A stretch of DNA of 61,997 nucleotides, filler included, from Choristocarpus tenellus KU-1152 (taxonomy: Eukaryota; Protista; Phaeophyceae): the NCBI GenBank assembly GCA_964200185.2. It is 12 parts of 12 records of this genome, joined end to end, with 100 filler letters (N's around TTAATTAATTAA, not from the genome) between each part and the next. Parts side by side here need not be neighbours in the genome. Positions count along the whole stretch, not along the records: positions 33,402 to 43,552 come from CAXNAD020003122.1; positions 43,653 to 46,710 come from CAXNAD020022619.1; positions 46,811 to 49,624 come from CAXNAD020024522.1; positions 49,725 to 55,250 come from CAXNAD020010525.1; 8 more parts are not named here. One strand, written 5' to 3'. The first letter of the stretch is position 1. Each line of letters opens with the position of its first letter. The notes below the pieces were generated by a model. The model made no database searches. It was not told the origin of the DNA and saw nothing but the letters and a program-made list of their open reading frames with translations. A program made the position numbers and the translations under genes. Shown here in pieces: positions 41,084 to 53,673 of the stretch.

Positions 41084-42038
41084 GACAGAGAAATGGGTTG
41101 GTCTAGAAGGTCTCGATCAACGCACAACCGGTTCCCTCATCCCAAACACCCTCAAGGAGATGGTTGAAGACAAGGAGTTCCAGCTCACAGGTTGGTGTAC
41201 CATGTTTGTTTGAGAGTGATTGGTGATACAAGATAGGGTTCTGTTTAGTTGGAGTTGGATTCTTGATTGGAGTCGAGTATATCAGTAATAGGAAATTATG
41301 GTGCGGTAATAATTGAACAGAATCAATATTGACCTCCAGGAGGGGTTGATGTGTGGGGCTGTTTATGTGTTCATTGGTCTTGGTATGGTATGACAGGGTG
41401 TAGTTGAACATTCCTTGCACCTGAAAAAACTTGTAGGTGTTGGGTGAAGGACTCCTCTTGTACGGTTCTGTGACCGGGGGTTGGTGTAAACCTCGATGCA
41501 ATGCTTGAAACTTTGCATGGTGGGACACTGGGTATGAGATTGGCAGCAATAGTGATACACAGTAAACTATTTGTGTAATTGTTTCTTTGGTTTTGTCTGA
41601 AACTGCAACTGAAGTAACAGGGAGGTATCTGAAAGGACCCAATACAGACACCCCCTGACATAATATTATATATACCAGACCTCTGATCATTTTTGTACCT
41701 CACTTGCATGTAGCACCTGTTTTTGATTTTCGGCTAAGTCTTGTGCTTTTGAAGTACCTTCTTAGGTCAACTGAGAAAGTTCAAATCAATTAAAACAAAG
41801 AGACATGATTTTTGTTATGACTGATATTGTACCACAAGGCTTGGGGGATGAGTTAACAGAGTGAAGCTCAGACGAAGGCAGGCTGATTATGGCCATATAT
41901 GCCAGTAATATGTGTGTATGTGGGTGTATGTATGTATGTATGTGTTTATGTAGTATGTATTTACGTAGTACATAATGGACATGCAGTGCATGAAGCCTTC
42001 CACAGCTGCTAAACGCATAAAATTGGGGGAACTCAATA

Positions 42039-42110
<72 letters not shown>

Positions 42111-42474
42111 TTGTAGCGGGTTTAACTGGCTACCTAAACATTTTTTGACATGGTATCAACCCCCGTGAGGTGAGCTGATACAAAATTGAGAGAAAATGTG
42201 GTTTGCTAACAAGTCTCTGTTCCCTTTATTTCATCACAACCTCCACCTTTTCGCAGTGCCCAAAACGAACATGAGCTGACCTACCATGCTCACACTATGC
42301 AAGAATACGTAACACTTAGTCTACCCACTATTTTTGCACATGTTGCATTCTGTTTGCAGCGGCCAAGCTGAAGGAGATGGGCCAGCGTAAGATGACTTTG
42401 GAGGAGCGAAAGGTAAGGCGCAGGGTTCTCAACGACCTCGGCCTACCAAGCTTCCAAGAGTGTATCAAGGAACA
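41084..42474 (+). CDS. Two exons (41084-41190, 42360-42474), probable N-terminal region of an algal ArsS-like radical SAM protein
   Basis: Phase-1 splice gives GSLIPNTLKEMVEDKEFQLT-AAKLKEMGQRKMTLEERKVRRRVLNDLGLPSFQECIKE. From memory this resembles the segment preceding LQLNIGLYCNQACxHC in algal ArsS/DUF3641 homologues; the CxxxCxxC exon is not in the contig. Confidence 0.55.
42044..42108. repeat. (CA)n microsatellite, ~32 units, intronic
   Basis: Direct inspection. Shorter (CA/TG) and (GA/TC) tracts near 7500, 9577, 56900, 56990, 57463 and 58115. Confidence 0.95.
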
Positions 42475-44112
42475 GTGAGTGACTCCAATCACTCCAATCA
42501 CTCCAATGACTTAAACACACGTACACATAAGTTGTAAGGATAGATTCACTGCACTACCCTTGTCTCTTGGATTTGACACATGATGTACATTTGAGATGGC
42601 CATAGTTGTTTGGTACAACAGATGTATATTGCTACCCCCCCCTGTGGTAGACTCCTTTCACAGGATCTGTTGGTGCAATGCTGTTGATGGCACAAAGAGT
42701 TACATTGTCCTCTTTTTCTTGCTCAAGGTGATTGATCGGTCTTGTGATTGCTTCTGGATTCAAAAGGACCTGAAGAGGGAAGAAACATATATGGTGCTGC
42801 CTCCCTCCACCTCCGGATCTCTTGTCTTTTTCAGGAGTAGCATAGGGTGCCAATCGATAGTTATAATCAGGAGTAGCATAGGCGTGTCGGTTCATTGTAG
42901 TTCATTGTAGTTCATTGTATGGTGCCACTGCCACTGTTTGGATGTCATACCATTTCAAATCAAAGTAATTGATTCACTATCCGAGTATTCAATCATTACA
43001 AAAGGGGGTTGGGGCGGCTTAAGGTTAGGCATTGATGATGCGATGCTCATCAGGTGGCATTAGTGTTATGTGATACCATGGTAATGTTCTTCCTACCGGT
43101 TTAATGTTGTCATTAATGTTGTCATTAATGTTGTCATGGCAAGGTGTACCGGAAAGGATAAGTCTAAATCGTGGGCAATAAGTAGTGGAACACTCAAGAA
43201 TCACCCTCCTCACAGGGTTAATGCTTAGTATGTCAGTTTTATGATCCCCTTGGATAATGGATATGCCTGTCAAGATTGCACTTGGTGATATTTGATATAA
43301 GCAATAATTGTTTTGTTTGGTTCAGTATTGCTGTGATTGAAGTGTGATTGAAGTTCTTTGGAAGTGACCACCATACCTCTACTCTTGGCACCACAAGCCC
43401 CCAGGTCGACGGATATTGACGGATATTGCTTGGATTGAAACATATCGTTACAATGTCTATGAGACACATGCAATGGGGGGATACAGGGGTACAAATTATG
43501 TAGAGTTTATCATTAACAGCACATAGCTGGGATGCGAAAAACTTGATGTCTTNNNNNNNNNNNNNNNNNNNNNNNNNNNNNNNNNNNNNNNNNNNNTTAA
43601 TTAATTAANNNNNNNNNNNNNNNNNNNNNNNNNNNNNNNNNNNNNNNNNNNNGTGTGTGTATTTTGCTTGATTTAGCAGGTGTACTTGTCGCATTGAGCT
43701 GGGCAGGGGGGGGGGGAGGGTTACGAATTGAAGTGCGTCTGTCCTGTCTTTCTTTTTTTGCCTCTTCTGGTTGATGATTGATGGTGGGAAGCATGTTTTT
43801 TTCAAGTATTATTATTTTTTTTAAATATATTCCTGTGAGTAGGATGACATCTAGCGCTTGTGACTTTTTGTTTTTTTGTTTGGTATGCTTAGGGTTAGGG
43901 TTAGGATTGTGTTTATTTTATTTTTCTGAAGAGTGTGTGCGTGTGTGCGTGCGTGTGTGTGACCTCTAGAATTATTGTAAGCACAATCTCAAGCTTCTCC
44001 ATTACATCAACACTAACGAGTCATGTTTTTTGTTCTGTTATCAGAGTTCACCTGTCTAATAGTCCTGATCCCTCCCCTTGTTGGACACTTGTGTTCAAAA
44101 AAATACTTGCAA

Positions 44113-44935
44113 AGCGGGTAATACACGCCTACACCCCTCTAGAAGGACTCCCGCATAGGTGTGTAGAGGTGGTGTATGTAACAACCCTGCTGAGAGATGG
44201 CTATGGGTTCCCAGAGCATGAGAGGAATGTCACCTTTGCCCTTGAGGAGAAGGGAATGGAGGTGTGTCAATGGGGGGGGGGGGGTGTCCTTGGTGCAGAG
44301 AGAGATATTATTTTGTGTAGATCAGATGTGGATATTTTGTTGTGTATGCATGTAAAGTAGTAATTGGTGTGCTCGGATTTTAGAGGTTTGTCATGTGGGG
44401 TTGTCCTTTGAGGTGCTGCAGAGTTTTTGTAAAGAGTGGTGATGGATTCAGTCACAGGGTAGCTTGAAATGAGAGATCATGTGGATAACCTTGTTGTTTT
44501 GGTGTTGGCATGACCTAAACGGAAAGCATTGTATGCATCCTGTAGGTGGAATGGACACTTGGATACTTCTTGGCAGATGTGGCAAGCGAGATGGATAAGT
44601 TGGACCTTTTTGATGATGATGATGGTAAGACTGTGGTGGGTGAACTGACCGCTGCATGGGATGAGGAGGAGGGGCGAAATGTGATAGACATCCAAACTCA
44701 CGCAGATGTTGATGCTGGACAAGATGGTAGACCGGAACCCAATGCAGAGTTTGAATCGGAGGTTCAAGAAGTAGGCCCTATGGATGGTCTAGCACCAGCA
44801 CCCTCTAGCCTAGTTGCAGGGGCGTGGGTAGAGGATGTCACTGCTGTTTCGGATACAGCAGTTGATGCAATCAAGGCAGAAGATAGGAAGGCAGCACCAG
44901 TGGGGAGGTTATGGCAAGCAAGTACCTGTGGCTAG
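44113..44935 (+). CDS. GDA1/CD39 family NTPDase (apyrase), 3' part
   Basis: HAYTPLEGLPHRCVEVVYVTTLLRDGYGFPEHERNVTFALEEKGME|GT (ends 44261) spliced to AG|VEWTLGYFL (44546), the ACR5 W-x-LG motif, then an acidic tail. Start of the first exon is approximate. Confidence 0.82.
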
Positions 44936-46829
44936 AGCCGCCCCAAGCGGTGCCCGTGGGCTATTTGTTGGCTCTGAGGGTGGACCTCCTCGAGAAGTTG
45001 GGAGGAGAGAGTGGGTTGGGAGTGTGGTGCGCGTGTTCTTGAGCGGGTGTGAACACCTAAAGACTGTGGCACGGATAGGGGCATAGTTGGATAGACATGG
45101 CTGGTAATGAAAAGGCGTATCTGTTTTTGTTGAAAGTTCTGCTCGATGATTTATTCTCACGAAGGTTGGGTTGCACATGGTGGAGTGGGTAAGGGTGAGC
45201 ATGGGGGGGGCGGGGGGGGGTTCATGATGTGCTTTTTTTTCGAGCCTGTTTTCAAATACGATTGTGGCTGTCGCATTGGATGAACCACAATCAAACCATG
45301 GAATGAACTGGTAGGTCTTTATCGTGAGGCCAAAGTACAAGTTTTAGAATGTTTTTTAATGGATGGTAGGCCATTCTTTGGCCGATCTGCATGCAGCCTC
45401 CGGTAGATCTGCTTCTAGAATATTTGATGATTTGATGATTTGATGGATGCGTTGGTCGTTCCTTGTTTCACTCTGGCCCAGCCTCCAATGTATCTCTCAG
45501 TGCTTACTTGCCCTGGAAGTTGCACCGATTCATAAACAAGAGTGTGTGAAAAAGCAATTTTGTTGCCTTTTTTTGTGGATTGATCGAGAGTAGTTTCATG
45601 TATAGTAGTGCTTGCTGTGTTTTTACTCTTTTCTTTTTATTGTTTTGACTGGCGATTGTTTCACAAGGGTTCACTTGTTGATCCTCGTGAAGCAATGAAG
45701 GTGTTCGATGTGTAAGAAGAGCCTCGGTTTTGATCTCAGTTGAGTTTTCTTTGGTGTTATAGAAAGTACAAACTTTGTTGAAGTTGTGGCCTGCTCATCA
45801 TGACCCGTTTGGTTTTTGAGCCATCGGTTTGTTGGCTTCATGCAATAACCAAGAGGGGACAGCCGCTCATGGCACAATGTGTCCCCCACGATGAGGACAT
45901 AGCAATGGGGATGTATTATCAATTCATAGGGCCTATTACTTCTACTGCTTAGTACCAAGCACGCTAGTAACCATTTAGGTGTGTTTTGTCTATATATGAG
46001 GATAGGAAAAATGACTGAATATGAACCTGTATGTCAGGCTTTACCACCTGCCTGCAGTGCATATGAGAGCAGTCAATCACAAGAGGGAAGAGTGGTGAAA
46101 AGTCATTGGAATTGACAGGTGTGCTTGTTGTTTTTTCCTAGTAAGAATCCAGAAGTAATGACCAAAAAACAAATATTTTTGTTTTGTACATTGTGAAAAG
46201 GGTCTTTTTTGCCCAGTTGTGAACCTTCTTTGTCGGCATCTCTTCGGTAGTGATGCCTCCGTTTTGGGGGGCTTCTATCGTGGACGAGTATCATGAAAAT
46301 AAGGTGTATCGTACAAGAGGTAAATGAAGGAATGGTATATAATGCAAAGACGATAAAAATGTGTGTACCTCTGAAGGCACTAGGCATACATATGCAACAA
46401 CAATTAATTGTGCTACAACTATAACAGTACGTGCTTGATTTGTTGAATATTTGTTACATTTAAATTCATACCGATGCAGGTGGAAAGTTCAGGTAATAAC
46501 AGTGGATTTTAAAAATTGAGGATGGAGTGTACTATTGGGGATGGTTTTGACCGAAAATGGTGCGGAAAAGTGCCGATATGTTTTTTTTTGTAAATGTCGC
46601 GGCACTTTTTAAGGGCACCTTTTTGAATGGGATATATTTTTGTTCAAAATTATTTCGGTGCTTGTGGAGGGCACCAAAACGGTTTCGAAGCGACCTCGAC
46701 CAAGCCAAAGNNNNNNNNNNNNNNNNNNNNNNNNNNNNNNNNNNNNNNNNNNNNTTAATTAATTAANNNNNNNNNNNNNNNNNNNNNNNNNNNNNNNNNN
46801 NNNNNNNNNNATCTGCAAAATGTCAGAGG

Positions 46830-47520
46830 GCATAATAATATAATAATATATATATTTGATATGTATTGGGGTACAAAAAATTACATGAGAACGTCACAAC
46901 ATAGTTGTATGGTATATAGATGCTGTTTGTGTGGTCATCCAAGGAACTTCTAGATTCAATACTCTCCCATAACGGCAAATGGCGACAATTCCTACTTTGT
47001 TCCATTATTATATTTAGAAGGTGGGGGATGATTTCTTGGTTATATTTTATTTGGTACTAAGTACTGTGTTCTAAGTAAGTTCCTCTTTGTATAACCTGAC
47101 AATCTTAGAAGGTCGTTGTAACACATGAAAATGATGTTCATGTGGAACGTCGCTTCAGATTCTGATTATACAAGAAGACAGTTCTAGACTGGAGAATTCT
47201 GTTTAACACTAAATAAATGGCAACGATTCTTACATTATTACACTGTTATATTTAGAAGGTGACTAGTGATTTTTCGGGAACGCCAAACACTGTTCTATTT
47301 GTTTTGAGTTTGGAATAATGAATCGAATACAAAAGATACAGATAATAATATATTTTTATTTCTCTTGTCATGGAAATATATTGAGGTGCAGAAAATTATT
47401 GTATAACCTCACAACTCTGTTGTACCCCCTGAAAACGTCGTTTATTTGAGCGCGGATTTTGATTCTGATAGTCCAAGGTAGTTGTAGAATGGAGATAATT
47501 TCATAAGGACAAATACTGGT
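46830..47520. repeat. AT-rich, highly diverged tandem repeat (~250-300-bp unit, 2-3 copies)
   Basis: Recurrent blocks: AAATGGC.AC.ATTC and TTATATTTAGAAGGTG at ~46977/47007 and ~47215/47246; TCACAAC at ~46894 and ~47409; GATTCTGAT at ~47158 and ~47461. Confidence 0.55.
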
Positions 47521-48888
47521 AAATCTTAGTTGGTTGCAATATTATAATAAGAACTTGTTTTTGGTTATTCCTTCGTAAATCCACAAATTTTAATCTGAAT
47601 ATATATATTTTGTAGGGGTGTAAACCACTGACTTCAATTATTTCAATACAATTACTTTACTAGTTTTAGTTTTTTAGTATGCACCATGATTTTATGGACA
47701 CTCTTGTTTATAGGGGATACGAACGGTCCAGATTATTGGGTTTTTCTTTGCGATAGATATTTCTATGAAGGTCAATAGAGCTGCCTTTTCATCTGTCAGA
47801 GATATACACTATAAGACCAAATCACTTTCTTGGATATATCCGTCTGTATGTCTCTCTCTAGTTGCCAGCGCCAGATCTAAAAATCTGTTTTTTCTCTTTG
47901 TGGATTATTTTTAAGTTTGAATCTAGGATATTACTCAACGAACGAATGCTGAAATACAGAAGCCTTGAATTCTGTAACACATATTTAACAGGTAAATTAT
48001 TCAGGAGGGGCGTTATATGTGTGTATTTTGCTTACAAAAAACATAGAAGCCTCAAACAACTTCTTCAGTCTACTAGAATTGTGTATATATATACATGGGA
48101 TTTTCCTCATACTTTACTCTACAACTTCAACTACAAGTCCCAACTCCTTCATACCTGTCTGTACTAAAACTCTAGTCCCTACCAACCATGTTCGCACTCC
48201 TACGTCAGCCAGCCCTTGCCTGTAAGATTTTGAGTGTTTTAGGATTTTTGATTTTGAAACAAGTATTTGTGAGCATGTTGGCGAGCCTACGCGTGAGGAC
48301 GAGAGTCAGTGTGGGTAACGAGGTGAAGTACCATGGTGAGGTGTGGGATGCAGATAAGTACAATAATAGGACTCAAACTTCGATCAACTCGTAAAGAGAA
48401 AAACAGTCGTGGATAACTGGTAGATGTGGAAGGAGGGTAGGAATTACTTAGATATACAGACGAATATCGACCGTTCGTATCCCCTTACATAAACGTTTGT
48501 GACAGACGAATAGTGCGAGGATTGTTTCTCACGTACTAACAAGTGCGAACAATATGCGATATTAGTAAAACATAGCCTTACAGAATGAATGCTGATTTCA
48601 TAGAAGATACAAAGTAAGATTCTTAACGCATACGTCACATCACCGAAGAAAATGTCAAAGTTCCTAAGAAGTTACAGAATAAAGGTTTATGATTGGAGTA
48701 CGTATAGAGCAGTTGCATAGAAGACCAAAGAAATTGGATGGATGATGAAAATAATAAGAGAGCTTTTAGTGAAAACACTTTAACCCCTCTTTCACAGTCC
48801 TTTTATCTTGAACGAAACTTTGAGTCAAGTTTTGAGCTAAACACTGAGTGGAATATCAAGAGAGAAGGCTATCTGACGCCCTACAAAC

Positions 48889-48983
48889 TGTTATCAAGGG
48901 CAACGTCCCCATAGCGTCGTTTTAAGCTCGTTGGATTTGAGTTACGCATCCCATAGAGGTGAGTTCGGGGGCGTGCTGTAACA
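48889..48983 (+). mobile_element. Miniature TGT...ACA element related to family A
   Basis: Ends GAGGTGAGTTCGGGGGCGTGCTGTAACA; flanks AAAC/ATAC. Confidence 0.5.
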
Positions 48984-49251
48984 ATACCATATAAATTTCG
49001 TACTTCCTCCGTTTGGGATTTCACGTAATATAACTTTTGCAACCTCCAGTTCTCACCCTGGAATAACCCACGTGATTAACCCTCTGGATAAGACTTAGTT
49101 CTCATATAGATTGGGAGGCGTGCTAAGGTCGAGTTTGTGAATTGTCATGACTGTGGAGGATACTGGCGCAAAGTCGACTAAGTATCTTTGATGGGATCAA
49201 GGACCTTGTGAAACTGTTGAAGTGAGTGTTTATTGGGATGCCTTGGACAAA

Positions 49252-49624
49252 TGTTACAACACACTCCAAAACTTACCTCCCAGGACACTCCTACAGTCAA
49301 GAGGTCCAATGAACGTCAGGTCAGTAGATAAAGTATTCTTTCTGAATCAGTAGCTACTATATAATAGAGAGTATGGTGTGAGTCAATATATCAAAAAGTG
49401 AGCCATGGGGCCATGGGGCCATGGGGTCACTGTTTATGTCTGCACCACCCACCATTTATTTTTATTTTAGTTTTCAGACGTTCAAATACATCTGCAAACC
49501 GTTGTATACATTCCCAAGTTACAGATCTTACTCTGCAACTTTTAGCAAATCGGAGTTCCCCCTTAAGGGGTTTCCTACGCGTGTATATGTTACAGGCGCC
49601 CCTCAATGCTCACCTTCCAGGATG
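49252..49624 (-). mobile_element. Family A' element with a family A copy inserted at 49588, cut by contig end
   Basis: Starts TGTTACAACACACTCCAAAACTTACCTCC; 49450-49585 matches 52225-52340; TGTTACAGGCGCCCCTCAA begins at 49588. Confidence 0.85.
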
Positions 49625-50175
49625 NNNNNNNNNNNNNNNNNNNNNNNNNNNNNNNNNNNNNNNNNNNNTTAATTAATTAANNNNNNNNNNNNNNNNNNNN
49701 NNNNNNNNNNNNNNNNNNNNNNNNACAAAAGTCTTGGGAACACCAGTTTCTTTAACACCCTGGCTCGAAATAAGGTGTTGGGGAGAGGAAGAACTTGTTG
49801 GTTTCTAGGATTTCTCTCGTTTTTTGTTTTCTTTTCTTGTTTATTGGTGATGGCTTAGGACAGTGGTGGTGTAGGCTGTGGCCCACGAAAAGCAACCGAC
49901 AGGGAGAACTTGAAGACAGTAGGATAGCATGGCTTGTGGTTCTTGACGGGTGGTGTTTTTAACTCAATGGGATGTCTTGAGCTGATATTAAACAATCCAC
50001 CATGAACTAAAACAAAAAAATAATTAACAAGAAATAACCAACAACGCAATGCTCAGAAGAAAGGTATGCAGTTATTGGTACAAGAACAGCAAAACATGGA
50101 GAAGCAGGAAAGTAAAAGTAAAGCCCGGTCTACATAGAGGGGAAGTCACGACTCAGACACTACTATTCACTAGCA

Positions 50176-50446
50176 GACCCCAAAGTATCTGGCGGGGGGG
50201 GGGGGGGTCTCCNNNNNNNNNNAACGACTACTCAACCCGCGCCAGCCCCTCGCATCACAAAGCAACCCAAAAAGAGGCGGGGGGGGGGGGGGGGGGGTCT
50301 CCACCAGGGTGTCCATTTGGACCATAACCAGGAAAAGTGCACTTAGATTATCCATCCGACGTATGCAACCAAATCAAACAAAATCGCGACATAAAAAAAT
50401 CGACCCCAAATGTACAGTCGCTATCCGCCCCCAGATACTTTGAGTC
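50176..50446. mobile_element. Family C MITE (contains a 10-N gap)
   Basis: GACCCCAAAGTATCTGG...CCAGATACTTTGAGTC with perfect TSD AGCA. Confidence 0.9.
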
Positions 50447-51675
50447 AGCACCATCATTCGGAGCAGAACATTATCGTGCTGTCAGCATTGGCAAGGTCTT
50501 ACTATGGGAAAAAGAAAAGTCAGGGTCACACCCAGTCCATCTATCCGAACATCACCCATCACACTCATCACTAAAAATGAAGAGACCCACGAAAAGAGAC
50601 CAATGAAAAAAACAACATTCAACAACCAGTAGTGGTAAATGTGTATTGATATTATTGTAGCTCACCAAGCGGTTATGAGCTAACATCTGTTTACGGCAAA
50701 GTTCACGTGGAAAGCACTACGGATTGTACACCTGTACTAATTATTCTCCTTCTATTGCTATACCACAAAACGAGGGAAACTGAAACAAGGTGGGCAAGGC
50801 TTCATTACGTTGAAGTTGATTACTCCCAGATAAAAAAAAACACGATAATAACTATATGCTTGACGTTCCGTTGGGGTGGTGAGTCATCAGTTCAGTTGCG
50901 AAGTGATGCTGAGGTGAGTACTGCATAAGATTTGAGGGAAGAGGGGGAGCAACGAGCAGTGGGATGACTAGACTCAATGCACAAGAGGAAAGGAATAGAA
51001 CGGAGACAGGGCAATTAGTCATAGTGCATCACATCACAACAGTTTGTATGAGAAGACCTAGATCAGTGTGATTTGCCTCTGAACACGTGTTGGTCTAGCC
51101 ACAGACAATATACTGATGATATGAATAACGATTATAATGATGATAACGGAAATACGCCGTCACTTTATCTAGTTGTTAAAAGAGGTGGTGAACTAGTATA
51201 ACAAACATCAGCTCTAGTAGCTTCTCTGGCATGTCACTCGTTCATGAAGTTCTTGGTTCTATCCACCACACAGAGATGCATGTCATCTGTCTGTATTTTT
51301 TTCTTGTCCTTCTCACACACCCCTCGAACCCTCGACAATAACCCTAAACTTATCAACATTGACATTCTTTGCAAATACGTCAGAGGAATGTATCGTACAG
51401 TTGGGAGTCATTTTATCTTAGAGGGGGGTGTCGTTGAAGATTTTGTGCCCCTATGGTTGCTTTCTGGCGAAGATGTCTTCTAGCACTCCAGAGGGCAATT
51501 TCACAGCTATATAGACGGATTTGTGTCTTCTGTTCTACGGTCATAGTCTCCCCAGGGAGATTAAGTATCTTTCAGGTTCATGGGATATCGTGTTGGCATA
51601 TCGTGTTGGCGGGGAAGGCTTAACAACCTCTTAATGTTGCAGCACGTTCCAGAAGCTTACCTTCCCAGGGTGTAT

Positions 51676-51981
51676 TGCCACAGGCGTTATTACGTCTTGA
51701 TGGCGGTGTCATAAACACCATTATGACATTGAAGTTCTAGATTTTATATATTTGTACTTCTTGATTATTTATTTATTGTTTGGTCATTATGGTCCCCGAT
51801 TGTGATAAGACATCGTTGATAAGTTCCTTTTATATGACATTGACGATAATCCAAGTGAGAGATCCAGCATACTTGACGACTTGTGCATCAGGAGTCCTAT
51901 ACGTACATCAGCATCATCTATAAGACCGTGGATTGGAGCTACACATTCTGGGGAGGTAATCTTTCTGGGGCGCCTGTAACA
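51676..51981 (+). mobile_element. Family A element, nested
   Basis: TGCCACAGGCG...CGCCTGTAACA, TSD GTAT. Confidence 0.92.
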
Positions 51982-52344
51982 GTATACCTCCAACCCAAAA
52001 GCCTTATAGATGACACTGATGCTCGTACAAGGCTCTCAGAATACTCCGACAGTCAAGGGGGTCCAATACACAGGTTAACAAACGTCAGTTCAGTGTAACA
52101 GGGGTACTCTCTTAATGAATCAATAAGCATGAATATATGAGAATTAGTATTAGTTAAAAGTGAGTCCTGGGGGTGCTTGAGTCAATTGGGGATCTGAGCT
52201 GTTTTAGGATCTCTTATCATCATCTGCCATTTTGTTTCTTAGTTTACAGACGTTGGAATACATCTGAGAACCGTTACAAACTTCCCAAGTTACAGATTTT
52301 ATTCTGCAACTCTTAGTAAATCGGAGTTCCCCCTTTTGGGGTTC

Positions 52345-52524
52345 AACCGAAAGTATCTGGGGGGGGGGGGGGGTCTACACCAGGGTGTCCATTTGGGCCA
52401 TTACCAGGAAAAGTGTACTTACACTATATATCCGACATATGCCAACTAAATCACGCAAAAATCGAGACATGAAAAAACTTACCCATAATGGACAACCGCC
52501 ACCCTCCCCCAGATACTTTGAGCC
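52345..52524. mobile_element. Family C MITE, nested
   Basis: AACCGAAAGTATCTGGGG...CCCCAGATACTTTGAGCC, TSD GTTC; empty site in the paralogue at ~49570. Confidence 0.9.
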
Positions 52525-52760
52525 GTTCCATACGCACGTACACTGCTCGCGCCGATTAAAGCGCGGGAAGAAATACTCACGCTATTTGCCTCTAACATTA
52601 ATATTCGAAATGGTCTAAGATACTCCTTGTAAGAAAGAAAGTCTCTGATCGTCATCCATTGTAGTTCTGTGGTGGTATAACCTCTTAAAAATACATGTGA
52701 GTCAAAGCAATTGAGAGATAGGCAAGGTTGCATTTCAGGGATCCTGGGAAAAGGCAGAAA

Positions 52761-53065
52761 TGTTACAGGCGCCCCTCAAAGCTTACCTCCACAGGATGTA
52801 TAGCTCCAATCTACGGGCCTATAGATGATACTGATGTACGTATAGGACTCCTGATGCACAAGTCGTCAGGTATGCTGGATCTCTCACTTGAATTAACATC
52901 AATATCATCATATAAAAGGAACTGATCCACGATGTCTTATCACAATCGGGGACCATATGACCAAATAATAAATAACTAATCAAGGAGTACAAATATATCA
53001 AATCTAGAACTTCAATGTCATAATGGCGTTTATGAAACCGCCATCAAGACATATCGCCTGTAACA
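52761..53065 (-). mobile_element. Family A element, intact
   Basis: Perfect 11-bp TIR TGTTACAGGCG/CGCCTGTAACA, TSD GAAA. Confidence 0.93.
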
Positions 53066-53673
53066 GAAATGTGTCATTTGGTACATTTGAAGAAAAGGCC
53101 TTTGCTGAATTGTGGTGTAATTCTGTGTGTGGAAAGGGGCAATATCAATTTTGTGTACACCATTGTGCACATAAGGAAATAAAATATGGTGCATTACATA
53201 GATAGGGTAACAAAGATGGCTTAGAATGAAAAAGGGACCACTTTGCCTCTACGCGGGTTTAAAGATGTGATCCATGTCATATTTTCTTTTTTGGGGAATT
53301 TGGAGTTGGTAGATCATGTGCAACAAATACAACGGTATGGTACACATTTACTTTTCTGTCTGTTGTTAAGCCTAAATAGAATGCAGAACACCTGAATTGA
53401 GGCGGCAAGGCTTCTTGCGACTAAGCAAGTGTTGTACAAGGGAAGGGGGAGAACAACAAGCAGCAGGATGGATGAACTCAATGCAAGGGGGGGGGGAGAT
53501 ACGGCCAAGACACGCAGCGCAATTAGATATAGTGCAACAGCTTGTTCGCAATTAGTTAATGCAAAGCAGTGCAATGTGTAGTGCCTTTAACCATTGATCG
53601 GGCTAGTTAGATTCAATTTAGTTTTCTAGTTCTAGACTAATAGTGCACGTAATTATATGTCACAAAGCAGTAT

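Larger units (their letters stand above)
51635..52597 (-). mobile_element. Family A' element hosting two nested insertions
   Basis: TGTTGCAG...TCTAACA with TSD TTAA. After removing the inserts it is colinear with the reverse complement of 53674-54135. Confidence 0.88.

Noticed and set aside
41786-42109. CVCVCV, HTHTHT and poly-Pro ORFs
   Set aside because: Translations of microsatellites and homopolymers.
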